DNA from: an uncultured Nitrososphaerales archaeon
Lineage (GTDB): Archaea; Thermoproteota; Nitrososphaeria; Nitrososphaerales; Nitrososphaeraceae
Assembly: GCA_963695855.1 (NCBI GenBank)
Contig: CAVOHZ010000010.1
Coordinates: forward strand, 864,001 to 928,000
Length of the DNA: 64,000 nt
Direction of reading: 5' to 3'
Part shown: piece by piece, positions 42,303-53,515 of the stretch
Layout of the letters: the number at the start of each line of letters is the position of its first letter
How positions within the stretch are numbered: the stretch's first letter is position 1
The notes under the pieces: generated by a model
Database searches by the model: none
Seen by the model: the letters and a program-made list of their open reading frames with translations, nothing else
Told to the model about the DNA's origin: nothing
Translations under genes and position numbers: made by a program

Positions 42303-42606
42303 AGGAAATTTATATTTTCACTTCATAATTTTTTGTTTCTAATACTTTGTGTAATGTACAACTAAATGCGATATATTTAAACATAATAAATTGCAAAAGA
42401 ACTACTGCACACCATTACAAACAACGTTGCTGGTTCACTGTTACCTAAAGAAAAAATTATAGTGAAAGAAAAATGAGTCAAATTAATCATATTAATTATT
42501 AAGTTCTTTTACTATTTTCTTTACATTTTGTGCCAACTAGAAACCTTATTTTACCTACTCATTTTAATTACTTTTCAATAACTTTTTTCATTGATATATA
42601 ATCTAC

Positions 42607-43624
42607 TGCTCTGTTGCGTAACTCGTCTAGATAATCATCTATTTTTTGTTACTAAGGTAAATTATGTAACACTTATACTTTGAAACCAGTTATACAAAGA
42701 CGCTTTCAGTATTATCTCCTTTATCATGTTCTCAAATCTTATAGCAGTAACATATTCTCCAAACATTCTCTTGATACAGGAAAAGACTGTTTCTACTATC
42801 CATCTCTGTCCATAGTCTACACTATCCTTCCATTGTTGTAGATTGGTTTTCTGTAATTGTACGTTCTTGTTTCTCAAATAATGGTTTGTCTTTCTATACT
42901 TGGCATTCTTTCTTACCTTAATTGCTGGTTGAATTCCTTTAAATGATAAAAATTGAAAATTCTTGTTACTGTCATAGGCACCATCCATAATGGCAGTTTC
43001 AACTACTTTGTTCTGTTTTATAGTTATATCACCCACTAATTTAGGTAATACTTTTCCATCATGCACTTCTTCACTGGTTACATGTAATGATAGAATTCTC
43101 TTCTTTTTTATGTCAACTGCTACATGTATCTTTAGATAACCTCTTTTTACTTTCCATTTGTGCCTAATCCATTCTCCTCTGTTTGTAACTTTAACACCAG
43201 TAGAATCAATTACAATTACAAAATTATCATCATGTTGTAAAGTGGATTTATCCTGATCATCATCATCTATTTTGATATCCAATCTGTTTATTCTTCTGCA
43301 AATCCCGCTATAATCTGGAATTGATGGTAACGTATTTGCAGCATGAGCTCGTACAATACCCTCAGTTTGTCTGTATGGTAAATGAAAATATGCTCTCACA
43401 TATCCAAGTAGTTTGATGAATGACTCTGGATATACAAATTTTCTACCTTCCTTGTCCTTATTCATCTTCTCTAGTTCAGAATCCCAGTTATCTATAACAT
43501 CAAAATCAAGTAATACCTCACCACGTTTAACAAGAGATTCATTGTACTTCTTCCAGTTCACATGTATTATGACTAGAATAGGCTAGCTAAATGTGTTAGG
43601 AATAGCGAGTTACGCAACAAAGCA
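42607..43624 (-). mobile_element. IS5-family (IS903-group) insertion sequence with TSD
   Basis: TIRs TGCT(C/T)TGTTGCGTAACTCG; direct repeat TAATCTAC at 42599-42606 and 43625-43632. Confidence 0.92.
42662..43561 (-). CDS. IS5/IS903-group transposase
   Basis: NWKKYNESLVKRGE, IDSTG, KIHVAVD, DGAYD and YGQRWIVETVFS. Confidence 0.93.
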   Translation of the reverse strand: MNWKKYNESLVKRGEVLLDFDVIDNWDSELEKMNKDKEGRKFVYPESFIKLLGYVRAYFHLPYRQTEGIVRAHAANTLPSIPDYSGICRRINRLDIKIDDDDQDKSTLQHDDNFVIVIDSTGVKVTNRGEWIRHKWKVKRGYLKIHVAVDIKKKRILSLHVTSEEVHDGKVLPKLVGDITIKQNKVVETAIMDGAYDSNKNFQFLSFKGIQPAIKVRKNAKYRKTNHYLRNKNVQLQKTNLQQWKDSVDYGQRWIVETVFSCIKRMFGEYVTAIRFENMIKEIILKASLYNWFQSISVT

Positions 43625-44035
43625 TAATCTACAAAAAGTAGCATATACAATGTAATTTCAATAGTAAAAGTTTAAAGCTACTTTCTATTATCCTTCATAA
43701 AATGAAAACATCAATACTTACTAATTCGGAATTGTTGTGGTTGTCTGGAAAGAAGATGGTATCAAAAGATTATGAGTACAGGATTAGGAGTGATATAAAA
43801 AAGAAAATAAAAATTTTATAACAATTAGAACTACCATTACTTGCAAATCATGGTTTCATAGATGATCTAAGTATATTTACTCAGCTGAGTGCTAATCCTC
43901 AGATCCTAAATTATAGTAATACAAAAAAAACGGAAACTAAGAACTTGAATGAATCTATTCAGAGAAATTTCGTGCTTAATTCCTCAAGTGAGGGAAATAA
44001 CACTTATAAAAATAATCAAACAAATAACTGTGAGG

Positions 44036-44110
44036 GGGCCGGTGGTCTAGCCTGGTTAGGATACCGCCTTGACATGGCGGGGATCGTTGGTTCGAATCCG
44101 ACCCGGCCCA
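44036..44110 (+). tRNA. tRNA-Val(GAC)
   Basis: Acceptor stem GGGCCGG/CCGGCCC-A, anticodon arm CCGCC-TTGACAT-GGCGG, T arm GTTGG-TTCGAAT-CCGAC. Confidence 0.95.
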
Positions 44111-44155
44111 GGTCATATCTGTCTGCTTTTATAGGCCCAATACTATATAACATGC

Positions 44156-44569
44156 ATGCAAGTCCAATCTGAAACTGAAGATTATCAGCATGAAATTAAT
44201 CCTATAACAAATTTTCTTTTTGCACTAAAAGCATCTGAAAGTAGGAGACAGTATCCAAAAAGGTTTGAAGTTTTTCTAGATTTTCAACATTTGGAGGGCG
44301 ATTTTAAAAGCAAGGTATTTGCATTTTATAAAAAAACGATAAAAAACCCTCAATGGTTATCAAACAAACTAATAGAATTTATCCAATTTCAAAAAGAAAG
44401 AGTCCAAAAGGGAGAAATTTCTGAATCTACAATTCCCTATTATTTTAAAGCGGTAAAACTATTTTGTGTAATGAATGATATAACTATTAATTGGCAAAAG
44501 ATAAGCAAAGGGATTCCTGCAGGGAAAAGAGCAGCAGAAGACAGAGCACTATCACATAATTATGTCTAA
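44156..44569 (+). pseudogene. Truncated tyrosine integrase (N-terminal part only)
   Basis: FALKASESRRQYPKR...GEISESTI..YFKAVKLFC.MND..INWQKI...EDRA resembles the thaumarchaeal integrase N-domain; it ends before any catalytic residues; 45 bp after the tRNA. Confidence 0.7.
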
Positions 44570-45629
44570 GAAAAAAGGATCTTCCTATATGAAATATTCC
44601 GGTATAATGATTTTAATACATACATCAATTTTGGTATCATATAATCTAGTAATAGCGCCTTCATTAATATTAATTGATGGAGCTCCACCAACACCCGGAA
44701 CTGAACCCCTTATACCTATCAAACCCTTTATGCCCGGTGGAGTTGGCATAGATCCTAATACTGACAGTGTGTTTATAACTGAACCACAAAACGACATTAT
44801 CAAGAAATTCACAAATAACGGTGTTTTTGTGAAAGGATGGGGCGGACCAGGGGGAGCTAATGGTAAATTTAGTGATCCAAAAGATGTCGCTGTGGATTCT
44901 ACTGGTAACATATTTGTAACCGATGGTCATAATAATCGCATTCAAAAGTTTCAATTATCGAATGTATGTCCTGTCGGCACAATACAGATTGCAGTTGGTG
45001 TATGCTTTGTTAAGAGTTGGGGTACATATGGGACGGGAAATGGGCAATTCGAGTTTCCATTTGGAATAGACATAGATTCTAAAGACAGCATATTTGTAGT
45101 TGATGCCTGGAATCAACGTATCCAAAAGTTTGACAATAATGGCAACTTTATTACTAAATGGGGTAACTGGGATACTGGTCGTCATGGTGAGTTTCAAAAT
45201 CCAGATGTTATTGCAATAGATCCTAAGACAGATGAAGTTTATGTACATGATTCTGATAACTATCGCATTCAGAAGTTTGATAATAATGGCAACTATGAAT
45301 TAAGCTGGGAAGCACAGGGTACTGACGATGGTCAATTTGGTAATGTATATGGTATTGTGGTAGATCCTGGTAATGTATATGGTATTGCGGTAGATCCTAA
45401 AACACATCATGTATATGTATCCGACACAAGTAATAGCCATATTCAAAAATTCACAAATAATACCGCATTTGTCACAAGCTGGGGTGAATATGGTGCAACA
45501 AATGGGAAATTTAACACACAATCTGACCTCGATGTAGACTCTAAAGGTGATATATTTGTAGCTGATTTGAATAATCATCGCGTTCAAAAATTTAATAAGC
45601 AAGGTAGCTTCATTTCAAAATTCCCATAA
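44562..45629 (+). CDS. NHL-repeat six-bladed beta-propeller exported protein
   Basis: Repeated F..P..VAVD...IFV.D..N.RIQKF..G.F...WG. Confidence 0.9.
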   Translation: MSKKKGSSYMKYSGIMILIHTSILVSYNLVIAPSLILIDGAPPTPGTEPLIPIKPFMPGGVGIDPNTDSVFITEPQNDIIKKFTNNGVFVKGWGGPGGANGKFSDPKDVAVDSTGNIFVTDGHNNRIQKFQLSNVCPVGTIQIAVGVCFVKSWGTYGTGNGQFEFPFGIDIDSKDSIFVVDAWNQRIQKFDNNGNFITKWGNWDTGRHGEFQNPDVIAIDPKTDEVYVHDSDNYRIQKFDNNGNYELSWEAQGTDDGQFGNVYGIVVDPGNVYGIAVDPKTHHVYVSDTSNSHIQKFTNNTAFVTSWGEYGATNGKFNTQSDLDVDSKGDIFVADLNNHRVQKFNKQGSFISKFP

Positions 45630-45704
45630 TTTATTACCACATTAATTACATATAATAAACTTGCAAAAAAGAAGATTAAATTCATAACATCTGATATATT
45701 TACA

Positions 45705-46430
45705 GGTGCTATTAACTTAAGGAAAGAGATATAGCTGTGAACGTTCTATTCTAACAATATATGTTATTAAGATTTGTCAGAAATAGAACATCCGCATGTA
45801 TAGTAATGTACTCTTTGTGTTTGTACTTTCTTGGTCTCAGTCTACGAAATACATCCAAAGCATTGGTAATATTTAGAGATAAAAAGAGAAGTCACATTGC
45901 TGTATGGAACTGGATTCAAAGATTTGGTTCATTGCAGATCTACAATAAACATAGAAGAATTTCTGCATTCATAATTGATGAAACTATAATTCAGATTGGT
46001 GATCAACACTTTTGGTTATGGATTTGTATTGAACCAATTCATTCTTCAGTGCTTGGAATCCATATTTCTGAAGAGAGAAATATGCTTGTTGCTGAAAAAT
46101 TCCTTAGATCGTTAGTTGAGAAGTATGGAAGGCATCCAGTTTACACAGATGGTGGGACATGGTATCCAGAAGCATGTAATCTACTGGGATTGAAGCACTA
46201 TCTACATTCTTCGATAGAGAAAAGTCTAATGGAACGGGTTAACCAGTATTTGAAAGATAGAACAGAATGTTTTGATGATTACTATCCATGTATCAAAGAG
46301 GAATGTAATCTATTTCATGTATATAACTGGATACAATTCTTTGTATCTATGTATAATGATACAATAGCAGATAATAATAATTATGATTTTGAGTTAAAGG
46401 AGGTGGAAATTATCTTAAATTAACAGAGCC
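45705..46430 (+). mobile_element. IS6-family insertion sequence
   Basis: Imperfect TIRs GGTGCTATTAACTTAAG / GGCTCTGTTAATTTAAG; no clean TSD. Confidence 0.8.
45761..46423 (+). CDS. IS6-family transposase
   Basis: [26 protein letters not shown] and [11 protein letters not shown]. Confidence 0.9.
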   Translation: MLLRFVRNRTSACIVMYSLCLYFLGLSLRNTSKALVIFRDKKRSHIAVWNWIQRFGSLQIYNKHRRISAFIIDETIIQIGDQHFWLWICIEPIHSSVLGIHISEERNMLVAEKFLRSLVEKYGRHPVYTDGGTWYPEACNLLGLKHYLHSSIEKSLMERVNQYLKDRTECFDDYYPCIKEECNLFHVYNWIQFFVSMYNDTIADNNNYDFELKEVEIILN

Positions 46431-46636
46431 TATTTGACTATATTTTTTTATTTTTATTTTTTTCAATAGAATTCTATTGCACAAACCATATAGGAATAAT
46501 GAATTTTATCACATCGACAGATTTAACTTCCTATACGTACGTCAGATTTAGACTATTAAAACATCTTAATCAAAAAATTGTAAGATAAAAATCAAGTTGG
46601 TTAATTTTATTAATATAAATCAATATAGAGAAAAAA

Positions 46637-46920
46637 TTATTTGACTGTCCATTGCCATATATTGCGTTGAGATGCTTCTCCTCCTATTATACTTACATAG
46701 AGACCCACTGAATCTTTCAAGAAACTAAGCGAACCATTGGACGTTGTATCAAAATAGATCAAGCCTTGATAAATAATACTTCCATTTCTAGTTACCTTAC
46801 CAATGTCTTCTGCATTCCATGTCACGCTCTGACCATCGGATGATGTTATTATACCTTTACCTTTTCCGATGATTTTATTAGGATAAATGGATTCAAGAAA
46901 AGTTCCTTGATTTCTACTTG
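46637..46920 (-). pseudogene. 5'-truncated hypothetical gene
   Basis: Frame open upstream of 46825 (...GKGIITSSDGQSVTWNAEDIG...IWQW) with no clear start. Confidence 0.4.
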
Positions 46921-48127
46921 ATAATGCTGAACATTATAAAAGTCTTTGGTGGTGTAGAAAACAGAACATATCACGAGATTAAACTTGCGTTTTGCGAAAC
47001 CAAGCAACCATAATTAATTCTAGTTAAAGCGATCGGCAAGTTCTTGGTTATTCATCACTCGTATCGCATCATTTATCTCAGTTATACAGAACATCTTTTG
47101 GCTTTTAAGAAAATCTTATCACATAAAAGTACGGAATCCTCATTCAACCTTATCTGGAAAGATTATTGATGAGAAACTCTGGATGGTCAATTCCTCGATG
47201 GGATATTAGACTTATGTTTCAAATGGTTTATACCACAGTAAACAGTGTACGCCTCAGTTAGCACCCCTATTCGATCACTGATAGAACCACAAAGATAGAC
47301 GGCATGGGGATGCCTTCAAATTATTATCTTTACCATCCTAAAGATTTTGCAGACTTTGCGGCAGCTTCATCTAGCGCTTGCTTTGGATCTTAATCATATA
47401 AAAGAAAATATTCAATGATTTTAGAAAGTTATTTATTTATTTATTTATTCCATCATGATGATGGATAAATGAATAGATCAGAATTGCCATAGCCTTCTAA
47501 CATTCAACAAAGACCATGACAACAACTACAACAAGCATCCAAAACCTGATATATTAGGAGAGGAAAGAGGGCTATGGCTTAATTTTAAATACAATGTTAG
47601 CGTATTCTATGTACCTAGAATCTTCAACATACACTCCATAGCCTTCTCCTTTCAAATCATGCAAACCTCTGGAAGGAGGCCTATGGCTTTTACCTTTAAT
47701 TCTGGGTATTTTGAATAGGTTAGTATTGTAAACAATATTGTGACCTCTGAGCCCAAAGAATTTGTTAGTTAATTTAATAGATTAATTAAGATTACAGGCA
47801 AAAATGACCGTTGCCCAAGCCGGCCCATGTAATTTTTATAAATTTGATTGTACTTTTTTACAATTTTCATATTATTTAACAAAGTATTATCAAATTTATT
47901 GTTTCTCTCTTTTTGGGAAAAATTTAAAAATAAAAAAATTTTATGAGGAAGTATACCGGTAATTTTTATTGACGGCAAAATTGTTTTGAAAAAAGAGTTT
48001 TACTTCATATGAAATTGAGTTAATGGACTAATTTTATGGTAGAATCAAGCATTTGTTTATTTATTTTTCATGAATCTTATACCAGAAATTTAATTTTTTT
48101 ATAACTTTCAAGATGATAATATGATAA

Positions 48128-48385
48128 ATGAGACCTCACAAATACAGGAGGAATTACAATACATTTTTCATAAAACATGGATTTAATCCGTGGAAGTATC
48201 ATATAGAAGATCACAAGTATCATGAAAGGCTACCGTCCGGATACCATGTCTCACAGACATGGGGCGGATTGCATAAGGCATGGGTCGGATATTGTATAGC
48301 CAGAGACAAATTGGAACCGGATAGGGAAATACATTATGCCAAAGTAATACAAAAGTTACAAAAGGAGTTGGGCTTGAAAGTTTGA
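48128..48385 (+). CDS. Small basic hypothetical protein (possibly truncated)
   Basis: 85-aa ORF with ATG start. Confidence 0.5.
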   Translation: MRPHKYRRNYNTFFIKHGFNPWKYHIEDHKYHERLPSGYHVSQTWGGLHKAWVGYCIARDKLEPDREIHYAKVIQKLQKELGLKV

Positions 48386-48455
48386 GAATTTGAATGTTTA
48401 AGCTAATGAATATTAGAAACATGAAATAGGAAAAAAGATAGAAACCGAAAAAAAA

Positions 48456-48758
48456 TTAGATACTGAGACTTGTAAATATTATTTGTTGCACTCTTTCTCT
48501 CCATTCCTTAGATGAAATTATCTTTTTATCCTCTAATAGTTCAACAATTGAGTCTATCATGTATTCAAGAACATGCAGATCATTGTTATAGTCAGGACAT
48601 GTATGTTTGTCAGAATTTGTCTTGTAACTGTTTAGAAAAATAGAAGAAATAACAATATTCTGAATTCGTTCTGACTCAGTATTCCCTAACAATTCCAGAT
48701 CTTTATTGATAGTATCCAAAACATCTTTTGGATGTGAAATTTGAGTTTTATCTTCCAT
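48456..48758 (-). CDS. Small hypothetical protein
   Basis: 100-aa ORF; C-terminal LLEDKKIISSKEW helical motif. Confidence 0.5.
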   Translation of the reverse strand: MEDKTQISHPKDVLDTINKDLELLGNTESERIQNIVISSIFLNSYKTNSDKHTCPDYNNDLHVLEYMIDSIVELLEDKKIISSKEWRERVQQIIFTSLSI

Positions 48759-48946
48759 TTAACTAAATTATTGCGCCTAAGGTTTTTATTATTTTCAATA
48801 CGATCTTTTTCCCTGTTTTTTAAAAAGAATCATGTTGTTTGCTGAGCATAAGCTTTGTAAATTATTTTTTTATTGATATTATTTGAAATATTTCTAAAAT
48901 TAATTATTAATATTTAATACCATCTTCCTGTTATTGATTAATTAAG

Positions 48947-49201
48947 ATGAGTGACATTGATATTTGGCAAAAAGAGTTCTGGAATCGATTGAATCAAGAA
49001 ATGCAAGAAAATTTTAAAAAACAAATGGAGCTTACACAACAACAGGTAAAAGAACAAATTGAACTTACACAAGAACTGGTAAAAAAACAAATGGAGCTTA
49101 CACAAGAACAGGTAAAAGAACAATTGGAATTTACAGGAGAACTGGTAAAAAAACAATTGAACATAAAGAAGGACAGCCAAGAAGATCAGAAGAAGAAGTA
49201 A
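48947..49201 (+). CDS. Small 11-mer-repeat helical protein
   Basis: (K/E)Q(M/I/L)ELTQxxVK repeats; 66-bp DNA duplication. Confidence 0.6.
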   Translation: MSDIDIWQKEFWNRLNQEMQENFKKQMELTQQQVKEQIELTQELVKKQMELTQEQVKEQLEFTGELVKKQLNIKKDSQEDQKKK

Positions 49202-49928
49202 AAAGATTGATAGAAGTGGCTATGAAAAATGCACAGGATTTCCTCAATCAACATAGTCCAACATTAGCAATGATAGAATTTGAACAAGCAAGATTAAGAA
49301 ATTTCTTGAAGGAGTGAAATTTCCCTTTATTTTTATTAATTTAAAATAATTAAAAAATAAATCTTTAATATTATTATCTTTATTACCATATATTAGACTC
49401 TTATTTTTGCACCGCTATAGGTATTACTACCTCCTTGGCAAATTCCTATATTTTCTGAATAAGTACAAAATAATTAAAATTAAGTTTCTCATAATAAAAG
49501 CTAAATACAAGATAGTAGCAGCAGAACCCTACTACATTGAAGATTCCACTCTCGACCAGATAGCTGAGTATGTCGATGAACCCTATTGTTAAAAAGAAGT
49601 AAAATTCAAGCAACTTGCCAGTTCAAATTTGCTATTATACTGACTTTCAGAGCATCTTTAACATTTTTGGTAAATTCTAAAGTAGTTTTTGTTGTTGTAT
49701 AACTATTGTATCTCAGAATTTCACATAATCTAAATAATCTTTCATTTCATTTTCATATATCAAAATCTTATCTGCAACTATTACTACTGATTTTTATTGA
49801 GTGCTAAGACATGACCTTTTCTTAAATAATTTTTTTATTTGCAAATAATATTTAGAATATTTTACTATAATTATCTTACCCTTTATTGTTATATTATACT
49901 AATATAAGTAAATCACTTATCTAATAAT

Positions 49929-50198
49929 ATGAAATATAGAAGTAGAACAGAAATAGTAAGTAATATACTGGATGCTGCAAATGGAGGAGCAACCAAGACA
50001 AAAATTATGTATAATGCTTTTCTAAGTTATAAACAGTTAAAGGAAAACCTTTCTGTCTTGATAGAAAACAATCTAATAGAATATCTTGAAGGAACTAAAA
50101 CATTCAAGACTACAGAAAAAGGATTAAATTTACTAAAAATGCAAAACGAAATGGCAGAATTATTACAAATTACAATCGGAAATGACAAATTAATTTAA
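49929..50198 (+). CDS. Winged helix-turn-helix protein (archaeal HTH_45-like)
   Basis: KYRSRTEIVSNIL..GATKTKIMY.AFLSY.QLKE.L...FKTTEKG. Confidence 0.88.
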   Translation: MKYRSRTEIVSNILDAANGGATKTKIMYNAFLSYKQLKENLSVLIENNLIEYLEGTKTFKTTEKGLNLLKMQNEMAELLQITIGNDKLI

Positions 50199-50479
50199 TC
50201 TTTTTCAATATACTAACATACACAATATTTTTTTTATAGTAATTCTATATTAATATCTAGTTTAAAGACAACGAAAAGTTAATCCTTAATTATCTGTGAT
50301 ACTACAATGCTAGACTTTTATTATATAATCGATATATGAAATATTGCATTAACTACCATGGTAGAATACTGAAAATACTCTGTCGTCTTGACGAAGTTAT
50401 GGTACTATTATAATTAAGTTTGGATTAGTAACAAATTGTAACTCAAACTACCCGGCCCATTACAAATATGTATGCTTTT

Positions 50480-50933
50480 AGATGATGAGTGGGAAAAGGT
50501 TGAAGTTGTGGTTCCTCCAATAAATCCGGAAGATTATGATCTTGTAGAATTTTGGGGGAATAGGAAAATATAGTTCACCAGAATTTTCATGGATGTTGCT
50601 GCTGTTGCTCTGACGTTTCTTAACTCTGATAGATTAGGTGAAATGTATGAAAATGATATGTTTGTAGGAGACATCAAACAAGGTAATCTTTACCGTTTTG
50701 AACTAGATGAACAGAGAAAAGGGTTGGTACTTGATGGAGCACTTGCAGATAAAGTTGGTAGAAAAGATGAGATAAACCAAGTAGTGTTTGGTCAGGGATT
50801 TGGTGGTATTACAGATATAGAAGTAGGGTCCAATGGTTATCTGTATATTTTAACCTTTGACAAAAAGAATGGAACAATATATAAAATAGTACCAACAGCT
50901 GCAGATAGAGGAGAACAAGAAATAACTTCATGA
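50480..50933 (+). pseudogene. C-terminal fragment of a PQQ-dependent sugar dehydrogenase
   Basis: FLNSDRLG..YENDMFVGD and FGGITDIEVG..GYLYIL, homologous to the end of 58977-60266; frameshifted 5' remnant. Confidence 0.8.
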
Positions 50934-51030
50934 TTACAGTACACAGGTAAATTTTGATTATGTTATCTTTCAACATTGAGAAAAGAATATTGGCACATAT
51001 AATAAAAAGTGAGCAAATGGATATTAATCG

Positions 51031-52074
51031 ATGATATTTTCAAGATCTGGGATAATAATAGTTCCTATTACTCTTTTTATTTTCTCTCTAAACATTATGA
51101 CAACTTTTTCAATCAGCATAGAAAAGAGTGACATTACTCTTAAAAATCATGATGCACATTCTTCCCTTTCTCCTTCTTCTTCTCCTCTATCTGCAGGAAC
51201 GCTTAATACTTTAACAGATTTTAACTTTGCAGCTGTTGGAGATTGGGGATGTACATCTGACACTACAAATACTCTAAAAAATATTCAAGATAAAAATCCA
51301 GAATTTGTATTGGTATTAGGTGATCTTTCCTACGATAAAAGTACCCAATGTTGGTTTGATATAATAGATCCCATTGCAGAAAAAATTATGAGTGCAATTG
51401 GGAACCATGAAGTTGATTCAACTAAAAAACTTCAACAATATATGGATTATTTTGGTTTAGAAGAATAATACTACTCATTTAATTATGAAAATATTCACTT
51501 CACTGTGATCTCCATAAAACTTCCGTATGAGGAGGTTTCTGAGCAGTATAATTTTATCAAAAATGATCTTTTTATGGCATCGACAGATCCTAATATAGAT
51601 CGGATTATTGTATTTTATCATAGTTTAGCCTATACCTCACCTGCAGATACCGGCAAAGGCAATAGAGCAGAAAAAGAATTGAGAGAGACTTATCATCCTT
51701 TATTTGAGGAATATAAAGTGGACCTAATATTGCAGGCACATAATCACAACTACCAAAGGTCATATCCAATAATCTATAACAACGATGATCCAAAGAATCC
51801 CATAATAACAGATGATAATAATAATAAAAACTAGAATGACCCAGAAGGACAGATATTTGCAACAGTGGGTACTGGTGGTGCAGAAATTTATCCTTTAACC
51901 TGACAAGCTGATTATGTTGCTACTCAATATGAAGGATTTGGCTTTTTGAATGTATATGTGATAAACAATGGAGTAACTCTTGATGGCAAATTTTATGCTA
52001 ATAATGGAACAATAAAAGACCAGTTTACTATCACAACATCAGCTAATGTCGATAAAATCTATACAAATGATTAA
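51031..52074 (+). pseudogene. Secreted calcineurin-like metallophosphoesterase pseudogene
   Basis: VGDWG, LGDLSY, GNHE, QAHNHNYQRS and VGTGG in one frame, with stops TAA 51466, TAG 51832 and TGA 51901. Confidence 0.88.
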
Positions 52075-52309
52075 ACTATATAATAAAGATATGTCGAGAT
52101 AGTACATAATTGAACCTAAATTACTTTGCTTTTTCCGATCTATAATTCTCAACAATAATAATATTAGATTCATGAATTATTAATTGTTAAGTTACATATA
52201 CTCTATAGCATAGTTAAATTTTGTAGATCGTAAGCTTACGGAACTAAATAAATAACACAATTATGTCTATACCGCAAGTTATATAGCTAATTTAGCTTTT
52301 ATATATACG

Positions 52310-53515
52310 CTATCCATGGGTTTTATTCTGGAATTCCGCTGATGCTTCAGATCTTTTGGTGTCGATATCATTTATGTAAAATCGCTCTTGGTTTTCATCA
52401 TATTCAAGGTCATTCAGAGTTATGACTTTGAATCCATTATCATATAAATATTTCATCTCCAAATCAAATAGTTCTGGAGGTGTAAAATCTATATTGCCCC
52501 TGCTGATTGCATGATAACCAATTATCGGAATAACATTTATCTCTCCATTTTTATTGAATTTGGTTTGGCTATCAACTATTTTAGCAAATTTTTCAAATAG
52601 TAAAAATAAAGGCTCATACCCAAATTCATCTCCCATGAATCCCTTGCCGATATAATGATGCGCTCTATCGTGTGACCATTCTTTCATTGCAAATTTGTTG
52701 GTAGGGGTTAATGTTCCATCAGAGAGATATGGACTACAGTTGGTTGTCCCATAATAATTCTTCTTGTCATAACCAAATTTCTCCCATCCATCACAGTTAA
52801 GAAACATTAAATCAGAATGTCCTATAAATGCAAAATCAAAGTATTTAGCAACAGTATCTACTATAGAATGATCATTTCCAGCTTCATTAAATGGAACTTG
52901 GAAGACAGTGGGACTATAACCTTTGTCTTCTAAACATTTTTTACCTCCACTAATAATGGACTCAATTTCTTGGGGTGATTTAATTTCAGTTAGTTTTGTA
53001 TGTTGTAATCCATGTGATTGAATATCATAACCATCATTATACAATTCTCTTACTTGCTCCCAGGTCAAACCTCTTCTCTTCTCAGCATATTCACATGACA
53101 CGAAGATACTTGCTTTGAAACCATATTTATCGAGAATCGGTTTTGCTGTAGTATAGGTTGTTTTATATCCCCTATCAAAAAGTAATATTACATATTTGTT
53201 GTTATTTTCTCCGTCCAATTCTATTCTTTGAGTTATCTTTAATAATGGTATGGGCTCAAAATCTAAAGGATTGTCTTCAGAGAAATCTTTATTCTCACGA
53301 AAGTTATCTTCAAAAAACTTTTTAAGATAATTACTCTCCTTGTCTTTGTCATCATCTTTCTCCTTTTTGTTATCATCATCCTTCCCTTTGTCATAATATT
53401 TCTTTTTCTCACCGTATACATTATTTGAAGATGCTAAACTATCACCAACAACTACTAAAAATCCTACTGCCAAAAGCAGCATAATCCAAAGATTAATATT
53501 ATTAAATGCATTCAT
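52310..53515 (-). CDS. Exported polysaccharide deacetylase (CE4/NodB-like)
   Basis: LFDRG, GFKASIFV, LTWEQVREL, IQSHGLQH and MKYLYDNGFKVIT. Confidence 0.85.
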   Translation of the reverse strand: MNAFNNINLWIMLLLAVGFLVVVGDSLASSNNVYGEKKKYYDKGKDDDNKKEKDDDKDKESNYLKKFFEDNFRENKDFSEDNPLDFEPIPLLKITQRIELDGENNNKYVILLFDRGYKTTYTTAKPILDKYGFKASIFVSCEYAEKRRGLTWEQVRELYNDGYDIQSHGLQHTKLTEIKSPQEIESIISGGKKCLEDKGYSPTVFQVPFNEAGNDHSIVDTVAKYFDFAFIGHSDLMFLNCDGWEKFGYDKKNYYGTTNCSPYLSDGTLTPTNKFAMKEWSHDRAHHYIGKGFMGDEFGYEPLFLLFEKFAKIVDSQTKFNKNGEINVIPIIGYHAISRGNIDFTPPELFDLEMKYLYDNGFKVITLNDLEYDENQERFYINDIDTKRSEASAEFQNKTHG

